Shown here piece after piece: positions 10,442-23,882 of a stretch of 64,000 nt of DNA; the first letter of the stretch is position 1, and every line of letters begins with the position of its first letter. Position numbers and translations under genes: made by a program. The DNA lies in the NCBI GenBank assembly GCA_001179505.1, contig CDMY01000385.1, positions 124,001-188,000 of the forward strand, written 5' to 3'. The notes under the pieces were generated by a model. It saw only the letters and a program-made list of their open reading frames with translations. It searched no databases and had not been told where the DNA came from. Source of the stretch: Vitrella brassicaformis CCMP3155. Taxonomy: Eukaryota; Protista; Chromerida.

Positions 10442-13400
10442 ATGTACGCGCCCGAGGAGTACGGGTCGTACCGCAAGGATGACCGGGGATGCACCGACCT
10501 GTGCGGCCTCATCATGTTCATCTTCGCCGCGCTCCTGCTGGCGGGTTTGGCGGTGACGGCATACTCGGAGGGCGAGGTGGCCCGCCTCTACAAGGGCATC
10601 AACTACAACGGCCGGCTCTGCGGGCTGGACCATCCCGTGGAGGCCAAGCCCTACCTCTTCTGGCCCAAGTCGCCATCTAGCGGCGACATCGACCCATCCA
10701 CACCCCTGTGTGTCAAGAAATGCCCCACCGAGGACGACGCAAACAAGGCCGTCACCGTCAACTACCCCGAGAGGACCACCGTATACAACAACAAGACCAA
10801 AACGGTACGCCACGCCTCTCAACAGGCAGGCCAGGCCATTCATGTGTTGTGTGGCCACCGTTGATTGATCTCCCCCTCTCTCTCTCCTTCCCTCTCTGTG
10901 TGGGCTGGGCTTGGCTTGTGTGTATCATATGTTACGTGTGTGATCTTGTTTGTCAGACGAGCACGACGCAGACGCTGCTGCCGACCCCGGTGTACGCGAC
11001 CACTTTGGTGTTCCGTGCCTACTGCATGCCCGAGGACCCCGACCTGCGTGCAGCGGTGGAGCCGCAGTTCGCCACACACTTCCACCAGTTCCAGGCGGCC
11101 GTCGGCGGCATCGCCAGCTCATGGCCACTCATCCTGTCGGCCCTGCTGGCGGCGGCTCTGCTGTCGTTCGGATGGGGTCAGCTGATGCGTCTGGTGCCCA
11201 AGCCGATGATGTGGGGGTCAGTGGGGCTGGTGGCCGCGCTGCTTTTGGTCATCGGGGGGGCGCTGCTGTATGTGGGCTTCACGGGCGACGCCATCACCGA
11301 GTATATGGGGAATATCAGTGGGGACAACCAAGTCTGGGCGATCGTGGTGAGCACTCTGGCACGAACAGCACCTGGGCCATGGGGTGGCACATCCCCCTCT
11401 CTCTCTCTCTCTCTGTTTGTGTGTGTTCTCTTGGTCAGATTGGTGCGGTGCTTCTGCTGATCGCCGTCCTGTTCATCATCGTGATTGTGTTCGCGCAGCA
11501 GACGATGAACGTGGCCGTGGCGGTCATCGACGCCGCCGCAGACTGCGTCATGGACATCCCCATGATGGTCCTGGGACCGCTCATCACCTCAGCAGGTCGC
11601 ACACACAGACACACAGACAGACAGACAGACACACAGACAGACAGACAGCCACATACACGTGGACGAATCGTGTTGTGTTTGTTGTGTTTGGTGTGTGTGT
11701 GTGTGTGTGTTGCAGCGATGGTGGGCTGGGCGGTGCTGTGGATGGTGACCTTCCTCTACATTGTTAGCTCGGGAGAAGTCTACGGCAAAAAGGTCAGTCA
11801 CAACAAATCCACCACCAACGAACAAACGAGCGAATATCAGTCGTGCGGCATCGCATCGCACATCAGAGCCCTCTCGCCCTCTGTGTGTGGTGTGGTGTGG
11901 TGTGGTTGGTCAGATGGCGTTGGGTATGCAGGAGAATGGGGGCGCGGAGGTGGAGGGCCTTCACAGGGAGATACACTGGGACAGCAGAATGATCCTATTC
12001 GCCATGTGTGTAATCCAATCAATCGCAACACCACCACCGCCACACGCCACGCCCCCATCCCTCTCTCCCTTTCCCTTCTATCGGTGTCCTTGCGGTTCAC
12101 TCGTTTGTTCAGCCTATGGACGTTTGCCCTGTTCTGGGTCTTCGAGATGCTCGTGTCCTACACACAATTCGCCATCTCTTACGCCAGTCAGTCAACACAC
12201 CCACACACACACATACGCGCACACGCACACGCACACAGACACACACACCCTGGGTGCACCTGTACGACGCCTCCCTCCCTCCCTCCCTCCCTGCCTCCCT
12301 GCCTGCCTGCCTGTGCTACTTACTGTTGGTTCTGTCTGCAGCTGTGGTGTGGTACTACACCGAGCCGAATCACGTGACCGAGGAGCGAGACCCCGAGGGC
12401 TGGCCGCCCCTGGACGGTTTGAAGAACGGCATCGTGTACCATCTGGGGTCCATCGCCCTCGGGGCCCTCCTGGTCGGACTCACGCGACCCGTCCGCATAC
12501 TCTTCTCGTGGGCCAGCCAGAAACCACACCAGGGCAACCGAGTACAGACACAACTCTACAGAAGCTTCGGTAGGTAATGGGCCAGTGGCTGAGTGAGTGA
12601 GTGGGGGCTGTGTGGGGCGGGGGCGGGGGGAGGGAGGGAGAGTGATGGTGGGGTGTGTGTGTGTGCAGGTCAGTGTGTGGAGTGTTACCAGGCCAACATA
12701 GAGTGTCTGAGTTCTAACGCCTATATCGAGTTGGCCGTCTCGGGCTCTCACAACTTCATCACTGCCGCCAGAATCGCACTCAAGTCAGTCAGACACACAC
12801 ACACACACACATACACACACACGGACTGCTATCTATCTATCTGTGTGTGTGTGTGTGCGTGTGTGTTTCCAGCAAGGTGCTGACCTGCCAGACCAACATA
12901 GTCTTCCTCTACGGGGTGAGCGGACCGCACTGACTGACACTCACACACGTGTGTCGTGTTGTGTTGTGTGGTGTGGTGTGTTCCTACTGGATGGCCCACG
13001 GCAGATATCGACATTCATTTCCTACGTCGGTGCGGCGGCGGTGTCGCTGCTCGTCACCTACGTCTGCTGGGAGGTGGGTGGGGGCCTGGGGGCGGGCGGC
13101 GGTGACGTCACTGCACGCCCTTATTTGCATACACGTGTGTGTGTGTGTGTCAGGTCATGACGCGGGCGAATGTGTTCACCAGTCCCGACTCGGCCTACTG
13201 GGTGGAGTCCCCCGTCTTCCTCACAGTGGTGGGTGGGGGGTGGGGGGGTGAGCTGCTGCCCACTGCACTGAGACACACACGGACGCACACACACACTCAC
13301 TCACTCACACAGACAGACACAGCTCCGGTGCGTGAGTGTATTGTCCTGTCTGTCTTTGTGTGGTCGGCCTGAATGAATGGCAATGGCTGTGTTGTGTGCA

Positions 13401-13835
13401 GTTGATATTCATTATCTCCCTCTTCGGGTCGTCCGTATACATGCAGGTCTTCGACCAGGTCACACCCACCCACACACACACACCCGTCGCCCACCTATAG
13501 ATATGTACCCGCTGTCCTGTCTTGTCCTGTCATCTGATCTGTTTGTTGGTCCCTCACTCAGGTGGCTGACACCATCCTCTACTCGTACCTTTGCGAGGCG
13601 GAACAACAGGCATTCGGAAGTGAGTGCGCAAAACACCACACACACACACACACACACAGAGGGAGACCAACACGCACACACTCTTTCTCTCTCTGTGTGT
13701 GACTGTGATGCAGTCAAGGATTACAACCCCGACAACAAGCGCTACGCGCCGCCCGCCCTGAAGGAGCTCCTCAAGTTCGGCCCACACTCATACGGCGAGA
13801 GGGCCGCGCTGGCACAGCAGCAGGAGTACATCTGA
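10442..13835 (+). CDS. Choline transporter-like (CTL/SLC44 family) multipass membrane protein, about 13 exons
   Basis: N-terminal 'RGCTDLCGL', 'YNGRLCG', 'CVKKCP'; multiple TM exons; 'YHLGSIALGALLV', 'SSNAYIELAVSGSHNFITAAR', 'QVADTILYSYLCE', 'YAPPALKELL'. Confidence 0.92.
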
Positions 13836-15396
13836 TCCCACCGACGGGACGGAGGGACTGACTGACGGACGGTTGAGAATAGATACCTAGCGCCGACTCC
13901 TCCCTTGAGATTATCGAATCGATGAGTAGCCAGCCAGGCAGCCCACGCCGCTCTCCCTCTCTCTATCTCTCTCTGCAGCTGAGCTCAGCTGGTGTGTACA
14001 GGTCAGGTCACCCACCCCACTCTGCTTGCGTTGCGTTTCGTCACCTCATTTCTCTTGCCTCCTTCGACTCGACCAGCATGCCATGCCATGGTTGGCTTGG
14101 CATGGCATGCGATGCGTACCGTCTTCATCTCTCCATCTGTGTGTGTATGTGTGTTGCTTTGCGTGGTGTGTATAGTCATTCCTTCCTTCCTTGTGGGGTG
14201 GGTGCGTGGCGTGGCGTGGCGTGGCGTGGATCTGTCTGTCTGCGGACACGCAGCACGTAGACCACCCTTTTAAGTATATAAGTGCCCTTGGCCTGGGGCG
14301 TCCACTCGCCCAATCGACGGACGGGGGTCGGGTGGGGGGGTGGGGGGCTGACTGACTAGCAACCCTCATCCATCCCCCCTTTCCGCAGGCAGGCAGCCTT
14401 TGGCTGGCTGGCTTTTGCCCGTCCGTCCGTCCGTCGTCGCTGTGTAGACAAACATAACCTGCGTCCGATACGATACATACTGCCTGCCTAGCTGTGAATA
14501 CTCCTCACTCCCTCACCTCACCTCCCCTCACCTGTCTCTCTCTGCCTGTGCAAGCTATGCTGGATGATGAGTAGTGCCTAGACGTGCGGGGTTGCCTCGC
14601 CTCGCCTCGCCTCATGAATCGATTCGTGGTTATGTTTCTGACTTGCGTGTCGCGTCGCGTGTCGTTTCCTGCGCGTGTGCGTGTCGTGTCTGCATGTGCT
14701 GTGCGTGGGGTGGGGTGGGCGTGGGTTCCTGCGTGTGCGGTTGGTGTTTTGTGGGGACGGACGTGACACATGATTGTGTGAGTGAGTGACCATGCCGCTG
14801 GGCTCCGCTACAATGAATGCAATGCGCCTTCCTTCCTTCCAATCAGGCCAGGCCAGCCAGGCCTTCCGACCCTCAGCCAGCCACCCATAAATACACACAC
14901 ATTCAGCCACAATTGAGGTCATACACACAAGACACGTACCTGTCAGCCAGTCAGGTCAGCCACGCACACAGCAAAAACGTCAGTCACATGACATGACGCC
15001 CCACCCTCCCGCCCGCCCGCCCACTGGCTCACCGGCCTGGCCTCTACACCACACCACACCACACTCAGCTCACATCACACTGCTCCTTCCTTCACTGTCA
15101 TCTTTCTACGTGTCTTGCTCAGCGCTCCAATATCGACAATAAACAGCATGAGCGGCTCCAGCTACGGCTGCCCGCACACGGCAGGCTGAATGTTCCCTGT
15201 TTTCGGCTCAGGCAGGCAGGCAGGCAGGTGGGCAGGTGGGCAGCAGAGAGGGAAGAGAGGGGTCAACAGCCAGCCAGGCAGGCAGGTCAGGTCAGGTACA
15301 TCGTTGATTGATTGACACAGGGGGCGGGGATGGGGAGCGGAGTCAGTCAGTCAGTTGAGTCAAAAGGAAGCAACATGCGGCGTATCCATAGTGTCT

Positions 15397-15782
15397 TCAC
15401 ATGGCGCCGCCGCGGAGCTGCAGCACCATGTGGATCGTGTTGCCAGCTGCACACACCTCACACACACACACACACGCACACCGTCACACACACACATGGC
15501 TGCATGTCTGCTGGCGCCTTACGTTTGACGCCATAGTCCGACAGCTTCAGCTCGTCAGAACTGCATATACATACACACACAGGCAGGCAGGCAGGCGGTG
15601 TGTGTGAGCCAATCAATCACTCGGCCTACATACAGTTGTTTGCCTCCGAAGATGAGTCGGATCTGGTCAATCATGATGCCCTCCTTCTCCTGCAGCGCCT
15701 GCTTGACCTGCAGGATGGTGTTGTCGGGCTCAAAGTTGAAGTTCTGCTTCCGACCCGTCAGAGTCTTGATCAAGATCTGCAT
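15397..15782 (-). CDS. NEDD8: Ubiquitin-like protein NEDD8/Rub1, 3 exons, precursor ending LRGG-AM
   Basis: Spliced protein: [78 protein letters not shown]. It is ubiquitin-fold with di-Gly but too divergent to be ubiquitin; the '[10 protein letters not shown]' end is NEDD8-like. Confidence 0.85.
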
Positions 15783-16074
15783 GGCTGGATGGTCGAGAAG
15801 GGATGAACCGACGAAGCGCCGGGCAGCGGTGAGGGCGAGCAGCGGCCGGTGCGATGAGGGACACACAGACAGATCAGCACGCCGCTGGGTGTGGTGTGGT
15901 GTGACAAACAGGACGATGGGAAAGCTGTGCAGTTCCTTCTAGATAGGACGGACGAGTCAGCAACGCACACGGTTCCGCAAGACAAGACACTTTGCACTTT
16001 CCCCCCTTTTCCCTTCGGGAGCTAAGCACACACGTGAGGCGGAAGGAGGGCGAAAGGAGCCAAAGGCAGTTTTG

Positions 16075-19000
16075 ATGCAGCGACGGTTGATGCCTCTTGA
16101 CGCATTCAGGCTGACATCTCGACGGCTTTCCGGATCTGCTGCCCCTGCCCTCGAGATCTCACCGCCTTCCGCCCATTGGATTCATGGCCCTGACGCGCTA
16201 GAGGTGGAGTCACCCCTACTGAACGAAGAGCTGCCGACCCGGAGCCCTCCGAAGCGACAAAAGCGGAGAGCATCCCGCCCTGCCGACGAGCTGACGCTGC
16301 TATATGAGACGGATGGACGAGGCGAGTGGACGTCCAGCCAGCCCAGCATCCTCAGAACGGCGCGGCAGCTGGCGGCATCACAGTTGCGCCAGACACCGTC
16401 GCAGAAGAACTCTCTGGCGTGGCAGCAGCTGACAGAGCATGCTCTCGCGCAGCTGCCATCCCTCTCATCGACCGAGATCGCCGTGCTGGTGCACCATTAC
16501 GCGAGGGCTGGCCGACGCCACGATCGCCTGCTGTCACAAGTAGCTCTGCAGATCCCACTGGAGGTCATCCACTGGCCTGCTGCCGACATCGTCATGCTGG
16601 TGGGCGCCCTGGCCAAACTGGAATTCGACGATGCGCCGCTCCTCTATCGCCTCAAGGAAGCGGCGAGAGTGCAGCTTGAGGGGCACTCGTACGGTGGGAA
16701 CGCGTGTGCGGTGCTGGCGGGCGCGTTTGTGAGGCTGCGGTGGATGACAGTCGACATATGGACTCCCCTGCAGGCCGAGCTACAGGCCAATGCGGCTGAG
16801 ATGAGTGCGCGGAGCCTGGCGACTGTCCTCACTGCGTGTGGCTATCTGCGGGAACGTGCCGCAGAGGGGAAGCGGCAGCATGGAGTAGAGGCCGACTCTG
16901 CCACTGCTGCCGCTGTCAGTCAAGAAGCCGTGTCACAGGCAGAGGACAGAGCGGCTGAGTTGTCCCCGTCTTTGGTGCAGACGCTGATAGTCTACCTGCA
17001 CGAGCGCGTCAACGAGTACCCCAGCTCCCTTTTCCCCGCAGTGTGCAACGGCCTCGTCCGCCTCAGAGACGCATGGCGGTCCCAGACACACAGCCACAGC
17101 CAGCACCAGGAAAGTGCCCCCCCTCCCCGAGACCCCTTCACCGAGGACGACTACCGGCTGCTGTGGGCGACACTGGCCGGCCGTCTGTCATCCCATGTGG
17201 ACGGCTACAAGGCCGACAAGATCGCCCTCATTGCCAACGCCATGGCACGTGCGGGGCTCGACCCGCCGCCGGCGTCCTTCCAGCCTCTGGTCAAGGAGAT
17301 CGCCTTGGCGCTGGTCAAGCAGGTCAAGACGCTCGGGCCCACCTACAATGTGCAGTCCTTCAGCCTCACCCTGCTGGCGATCGCCAGGCTGGGGCTGAGG
17401 GACATGCGGACCTATCGCTTCCTGGCTGCCTACAGCAGCGGGCTGCTGCTGAAACCAACACAGGGCAAGACAGACAAGGATAACAACACCGGCAAGGAGG
17501 TCAAGGGGGGGGAGGGGAAAGCAGTGGACCGGCGAGTGGTGGTGCTCGACAACGATACTATCTGTGACACCAGCGGTGGTGGTGGTGGTAGTGGTGGTAT
17601 TGTGGATGAGGCGGCCACTGATGTGCTGCAGCTGCACCAGCTGACCACGGCATTCGCTCTTGTGTACCCGGCAGAAGATGAGGACGACTTCCTGACCTTT
17701 TTCTTCCGCGTCACTGACGTCCTCAACAAGCGGCTGGTCGCCGCAGCCAGGGCAGGGGTGCACGGCCATGTGTCGGTGGAGCTGCTATGTCACCTGCTGA
17801 AGAATCTGGGGGAGGTGCACAGCAGAACCGCCCATGGGGAGCTCATGAACCGCATCGAACACGTCTTTATGACGGTAGGTAGGTAGAAACACACACACGG
17901 TGGATCCACCGTGTACTCTCTGGATGGATGGATGGATGTGTGCTTGTCGGCTCGGCTCGACGCAGGCCGGGCGATACCTGAAGGATCGCGTCCATCACGG
18001 ACACCTCCCAATGGCCGCACTCGTGACACACACACACACACACACACATCCGGGTGATCTGATCCAGACATCCATCGTGTGTGTGCTGTGCTGTCAGTCG
18101 TCGCTTCAGCTGGCGTGGGGCCGCGTGGGCATCCTGCACACAGACCTCATGGCAGAGACGTGGACAGAGGTGCAACAGAGGGCACACGAGATGAAAAGTA
18201 ACCACCGCCAAGCGAGCAACCCCCCTCCCTCCCACCAAAGCAAGCATCCGCCAACCTTCTCTCTTGTCGCGTCAGGCAGCGACATCGTGGCCACGGTGTT
18301 GACGGCCGTCAGCCTCAAGGTCGGCAGCGCCCAGGACCCCATCACTGCTCTCACTGACGACCCCTCACACCAGCACAGCGGCCCCATACAGACCAAGAAG
18401 CTCTCCCGCCTCCTCAGCACCGTCCACTTCGTGTGGTCGCGGATCGGCACACACATACGGGACACCTGTGCGGGTGAGCTCAAGGCCGGCGGCAATGCTG
18501 TGGACAGAGTGCGGCTGAGTGACGAGGAGGTGGTCCGCATCTTGACCAGCTATGGGTCGTCGCTGCGCCTGCCGCCATCTGAGCTCGTCACCGTGGCCCT
18601 CATGCGGCTGAGGCGCAGGCACGAGATGGATCGCCACGCGAGAAGCGCGTGTTGGGCTTCCAGACACGAAGCGGCCCTCTCCCAGTTGTCGGCCGCCCCA
18701 CACAGACTGACACCCGACAAGCCCCACACGGCCCCTCCATTATCTCTCAGACGGCTGGCAGAGACGTGTTTGTACGCGTGCAGGATAGCACAGGTCATGT
18801 GCAAGCTCGACATGCACTGCAAGAGAGGGTGGCACGGCAGCATGCAAGAGATCGGGGGCATATTCCGGGACAACCTTGTGTCGCTGACTGCGGGGCTGTC
18901 GTCGCGTGTGCCGTTGGGCGGGAGGGGGCAGGTGGGGGAGATGCTGCAGGGGGTGTCGGTGAGGATGGCCGAGGTGGCCATGCTCGGACACGACGGGCCC

Positions 19001-19803
19001 CTGCTCTCCTTTGTGCTCACCTGGTACGTCACACACAGTCTCAGAGAGGCGCAACACGCGACCGCCACACACGCCTCTCTGTCTTTGTCTCTGTGTGTGG
19101 CGTCACACAGGCATGCGCAGCAGCTCCGCCACTGGGCCCGCGCGGCGTCCGACTCATGGTTCCTCACCGACGCCTTCGCCGATGACACCGACACCGCCCA
19201 CACCCCCAAGTGGGCCAGGTCGCTCCCACCATACGTCATCCTCTCACCAACGGACCACCACAGGCTCATCAAGACAGCCACTGCCGCCGTCCTGGGGTGT
19301 GTCCACGGGGACGCCAATACGCTGGTGGGCAGTCTGTCTCTGCCGGCGGTGCAGGTGGTATACCAGGCTGTGAGCAGGGTGCTCAGGAGGGCCGCCGGGA
19401 GACAGCCGAGGGAGGGGGAGGGGGATTCTGACAGTGACGAAGGGACTGCTGGTAGTGGTGGTGGTGTAGATAGGGACCATGATGCCAGGCTGCAGTCGAC
19501 GGCATTCCATGCAGAAGTGCTCAAGACTTTGCAGGTAGGTAGGTGATGTGTGTGATGCCGACAACAGACAGGACAGACCCCGGCCCAGAGAGACGGTAGG
19601 TATTGTGCGCGCGTGTGTGTCTGTGTGTGTGTGTGGGTGGGTGGGTGGGTGTTCAGGCTGTTGGTTCGTCAGGTGGTGGAAGGGGAAGAGGCGTGTTGGC
19701 TCGTGTGGAGACGGAGGTGCCGGTGGGATGCTTCTTTGTCGACCTGATGATAGATAGCTCCACACACCCAAGGTGCGGACGGACTGAACGACTGACTGAC
19801 TGA
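16075..19803 (+). CDS. Organellar (probably mitochondrial) helical-repeat RNA-binding protein with a C-terminal RAP-like motif
   Basis: Basic leader 'MQRRLMPLDAFRLTSRRLS'; degenerate ~37-aa repeats ('LSSTEIAVLVHHYARAG', 'WPAADIVMLVGALAKLEF', 'YKADKIALIANAMARAG', 'YNVQSFSLTLLAIARLG'); last exon 'ARVETEVPVGCFFVDLMI' resembles the start of a RAP domain. Long ORFs 16072-17886 and 17900-19546 are joined by an intron. Confidence 0.7.
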
Positions 19804-20350
19804 CTGACGAGCAGTTGGTGAGTGAGTGATTCGATCATTCATGAATGAATGAGCCATATGCATGCAGGCAGCAAAAATGGGTCGGTCGGTCGGTGGATCG
19901 GTGAGACAGACAGACACACAGACAGACAGGCAGACCAGCAGATGGATAGATAGATAGGACAAAGTAAGTGGAATGCATGACATGGAAGTCATCCTGACGT
20001 CCTCACTCACTTTCTCACTCACTCACTTGACGCAAAGCGACTGACTCATCTCATCAACCCATGCGGCCAGCGATAGAAAGACACACACACACACACACGC
20101 ATAGCATAGATACCGACAGACACACAGACACACAGTAGCAAAATTGTTTCATCACAATGATCACATCTCACACAATCATTCCATTCAAGCAATCTTTATG
20201 TATGTCATCCAGGAGAGGCAGCCGTTGGAAAAGCCTTCCCGCACTGCATCACAATGACGGGAAGCGGACCCTCCCTGCCTGTCTGCCTGTCTGCACGGCT
20301 GGCACACCACACCACACCCTCCCCCCCATCCCTCCCTCCCTCTGCCTCTC

Positions 20351-20994
20351 TCATGTGGTGGACTGCCTGGCGATTATGAAATAGGTGAGGATGGCAATGA
20401 TGGCCACCAGAATCAGCGGGATGATCCCACTCATCCCGCCACCGCCGGACGAGGCAGCCTGCACACGCGACAAATGGGATGCAACACACAAGTGAGTGCC
20501 GTCTGTGTGCCTGACGTACACACGGCTTTCTTTCTGTCTGACCTTCTTGGCCTTCTCGTCCTTCGGCACCACACAGCCGGTTGCAGTCTCCTCGTGCCCC
20601 TCGAGGACGCCGATCTCGTAGGGGACGGCCTGGTGCCTGGCGCTATCGCTGTGACCGATCTCCTCAAACTCCTCGCTTGTGTCCTGACCTGCACACACAC
20701 ACAGAGAGAGGGTGGAGTGTCTGTCTGTCTGTGTGTCCGGTGGGAGGGTTGATTTGTTGGGCTGGCTGCCTGGCTACCGGCGATGTTTGTGATGACTTCA
20801 GGTCCGCCCGGGTGGTCCGGGAGGAACTTAGTGATGTCGTAGACCTTGCCGTGAACAGCTATCCAGCAGTCGTCCTCGGTGTTGTGCTTGGCCATCTCCT
20901 CCTTGCTGATCACGCGCTGCTTGGCTGCTGGTGGGGCAGCCGCACCGCCTTCCTGCTGCTGCTGCTGCTGCTGCTGTGCGTCCGTCTCGCCCAT
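20351..20994 (-). CDS. CYB5: Cytochrome b5, tail-anchored, 3 exons
   Basis: 'EEMAKHNTEDDCWIAVHGKVYDITKFLPDHPGGPEVI...AGQDTSEEFEEIGHS' (HPGG and second heme His); C-terminal TM 'GIIPLILVAIIAILTYFII'. Confidence 0.95.
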
Positions 20995-21352
20995 CTTGCC
21001 GCTCTGCTCCTCTCCTGCACTGGAAAGAACCAACAGCCGCCAAAGTCAACAGATCTGCGCTTGGGTGGGTGAGGACTGCCCGTTGACTCGCGGAGAGGGC
21101 GAAAGACGAGCAGAGAGAGGCGGCCGGTGAAGAAGTTGCGATCCAGGTCAAGCTCGCATAAGCAGCAGGAGCCTTCCTTTCCCCTTTTGAACTTTGCGTG
21201 ACGTGAGGAGCGTCGAGAGGCAGGTTGACGCCTTTCGGGTCGATTCCAAAGGCCAGGGGGAAGCGAAGGCTGCAGGGCAGTGACAGAGGGAGAGCGTGTG
21301 AGGAGACTGGCCCGCAGAAGAGGTCTTTGCTCGCCGGCACAGAGCTTGTGTG

Positions 21353-22456
21353 ATGGGGTGAGTCTGCCACACGACACTTGAGGAAGGGAATGGGGAAATG
21401 GCTTGCTGAAGCCTGCCTGCCTGACATGAATCAATTGCCCGCTTCTCTATCTATCTCTGTGTGGTGGTGGATGGGATCGATGAGTGCAGGAATCAGGCGT
21501 CGGGTCTGAGTCCGTCTGAGCAGCGTGAGTTGGTCAAGGCGGCCAACTTCACAGAGAGGGACATCAAGCGGTTCTACAAGAGGTTCAGGGCGCTAGACAC
21601 CAACCAGAATGGGGAGCTCGACCCACACGAGCTGTTTGACGTGCCTGAAGTCGCCGAGGTCTGTGGGTGATGTGCACACGCAGACAGACAGCAGGAGAGG
21701 AGAGAAGGCTGGCTGGCTGGCTGGCTGACGAGTGATGGATGGATGGCCCTGATTGATTCCCCTTCCCCTTGCTGCCTTTGTCTGTCAGAATCCGCTGGTC
21801 AAGAGGGTGATATCCATCTTTGACACGGACTCTGACGGCAAGGTGTCGTTTGTCGAGTTCCTCGTGGGCCTCGGTACGTACGCCACCCACAGCCATCCAT
21901 CCATCTATCTATCTGTTGGCTTATCTTATGTATGTGGATTGGATGGCTGGGGCTGGATGGGTGTCGGTGTGGTGTATCTGTCTGTCTGTGTGTATCAGCC
22001 AAGTTGACTGCCGGGACGGACGAGAGTGAGAAGATCAAGTTTGCGTTTGAGGTGTACGACATCAACAAGGACGGCTACATCAGCAACGGGGAGCTCTTCC
22101 AGGTCATGAAGATGATGGTCGGCAACAACCTCACCGACCAACAGGTACCTACCTACCTTGTCACGCACACACACATCGGCACACACAAATCGCATGGTCC
22201 GCAGCCGGCAATGGGTCTCTATCTGTCTGTTTGTCTGTCTGTCTGTCTGTAGCTTCAGCAGTTGGTTGACAGGACGATGCTGCAGGCCGACATCGACGGG
22301 GACGGGATGATATCATATGCTGAATTCAAAAAGGTCGGAAGGCACGCCTCCTTGCCTGCCTGTGTGTCTTGACGAGCGAGGATGTGCGGTGTGCGTGTGT
22401 GTGTGCAGATGGTGAGTCACATCGACTTTGGGGAGAAGTTCAGATTAGAAGTCTGA
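21353..22456 (+). CDS. CNB1: Calcineurin B regulatory subunit (4 EF-hands), 6 exons including a 5-nt first coding exon ATGGG
   Basis: ATGGG|gtgagt (21353-21357) splices to ag|GAATCAG (21490), giving myristoylatable MGNQAS. EF-hands [36 protein letters not shown]; '[13 protein letters not shown]'. Confidence 0.93.
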
Positions 22457-22952
22457 TGCTCTATTACAAGGTACTGACCGACACTTTACCTACCTGACCA
22501 GGCAGGGGTGCGTGTGTGTGTCATTCCCTCTCTCTCTCTCTTTCTCTCTCCCTCCCTCTTTGACTGCCCGCAGGCCTGGGTCCGCTTGTTTTTGCTCCCC
22601 TCACCTCCCTCCCCTGTACATTTGGCCTGCCTGCCTGCCTGCCTCTTACGCCTGCCCGCTGTCTGTCTGCCTGCCTGCCGTGCTGTGCTGCCTGTGGATA
22701 GATCGCCCTGTCTGTCCCTCACTCACTCACTGCCGCCTTGCCTTGCCTTGCCCCCTCACCCTTGCCCCCATCCACGGCCGCATTCATTCTGCCATCCATC
22801 CATCCAGCCATGTATGTCAAAGAGTCAGTCCCGTGTAGATAAGTGGATGGACATTTTTTCCAAACCTTACTGCCTTCCCTGACTGATTGATTGATTTGAC
22901 TGATTGCATCAAGCGCACCCACACCCACACCCACACCCACACATAAATCCTT

Positions 22953-23252
22953 NNNNNNNNNNNNNNNNNNNNNNNNNNNNNNNNNNNNNNNNNNNNNNNN
23001 NNNNNNNNNNNNNNNNNNNNNNNNNNNNNNNNNNNNNNNNNNNNNNNNNNNNNNNNNNNNNNNNNNNNNNNNNNNNNNNNNNNNNNNNNNNNNNNNNNNN
23101 NNNNNNNNNNNNNNNNNNNNNNNNNNNNNNNNNNNNNNNNNNNNNNNNNNNNNNNNNNNNNNNNNNNNNNNNNNNNNNNNNNNNNNNNNNNNNNNNNNNN
23201 NNNNNNNNNNNNNNNNNNNNNNNNNNNNNNNNNNNNNNNNNNNNNNNNNNNN
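22953..23252. other. Assembly gap (300 N)
   Basis: Run of exactly 300 N, flanked by (CACACC)n and C-rich sequence. Confidence 0.99.
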
Positions 23253-23882
23253 CCCCTCCCTCCCTCTCTGCTTCCATCAGGGCTGAAAGGTTTGTTTCTT
23301 GCCTTGCCTTGCCTTGCCTTGCCATTTGGTTGATTGAATGAATCGGATGGGCGAATGGATGTGTGTGCGTGTGTGTGGTGGTGCGGATGGACGGACGATT
23401 CGAGTGCATGGCGAGTGCCATGTGTATTGTCTGTGTCTGTGTCTGTGTGTATGTGCTGGCCGAGCGATTGATTGAGGTCCAGATTTGACCCAAACATGAC
23501 TGACTGACTGACTGACTGACATGGTTGCGTAACTGAGTGAAGAACAGTTGCTGGCTTTAAAAGTAGCTTCTTCTGATGCCCGAAGAGTCACGTTGTTTAG
23601 CCAATAGAGGCACACACACGCCATACCATACACCCCTACTCTTGACTGACATGTATCTCGAGAATCTAGTTGTTGAGCACAGCCTCAGCCAGCTCACTCC
23701 CCAGCACCTCCCGCACCCACTCCCTGCCCCCCATATGCATCATACCCTCACTGGTGGTGTACACCACCACACTCATCTTTTCGCTCACACCGCACCTCTG
23801 CACACCCATAATGGCTGCACACTCGTCGCCCACACCGTGACGCACCACATAGCGCATCTGCCACCCATCCTCCGCTCGCAAG

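Noticed and set aside
13836-15396. Long spacer between the CTL and NEDD8 genes as a hidden gene or ncRNA
   Set aside because: It is dominated by simple repeats and has no coding-like exons or recognisable RNA structure; most likely convergent 3' UTRs.
15397-15782. Calling the ubiquitin-like gene ubiquitin or SUMO
   Set aside because: It is too divergent from the nearly invariant ubiquitin and lacks the SUMO N-extension and QTGG end. NEDD8 fits better.
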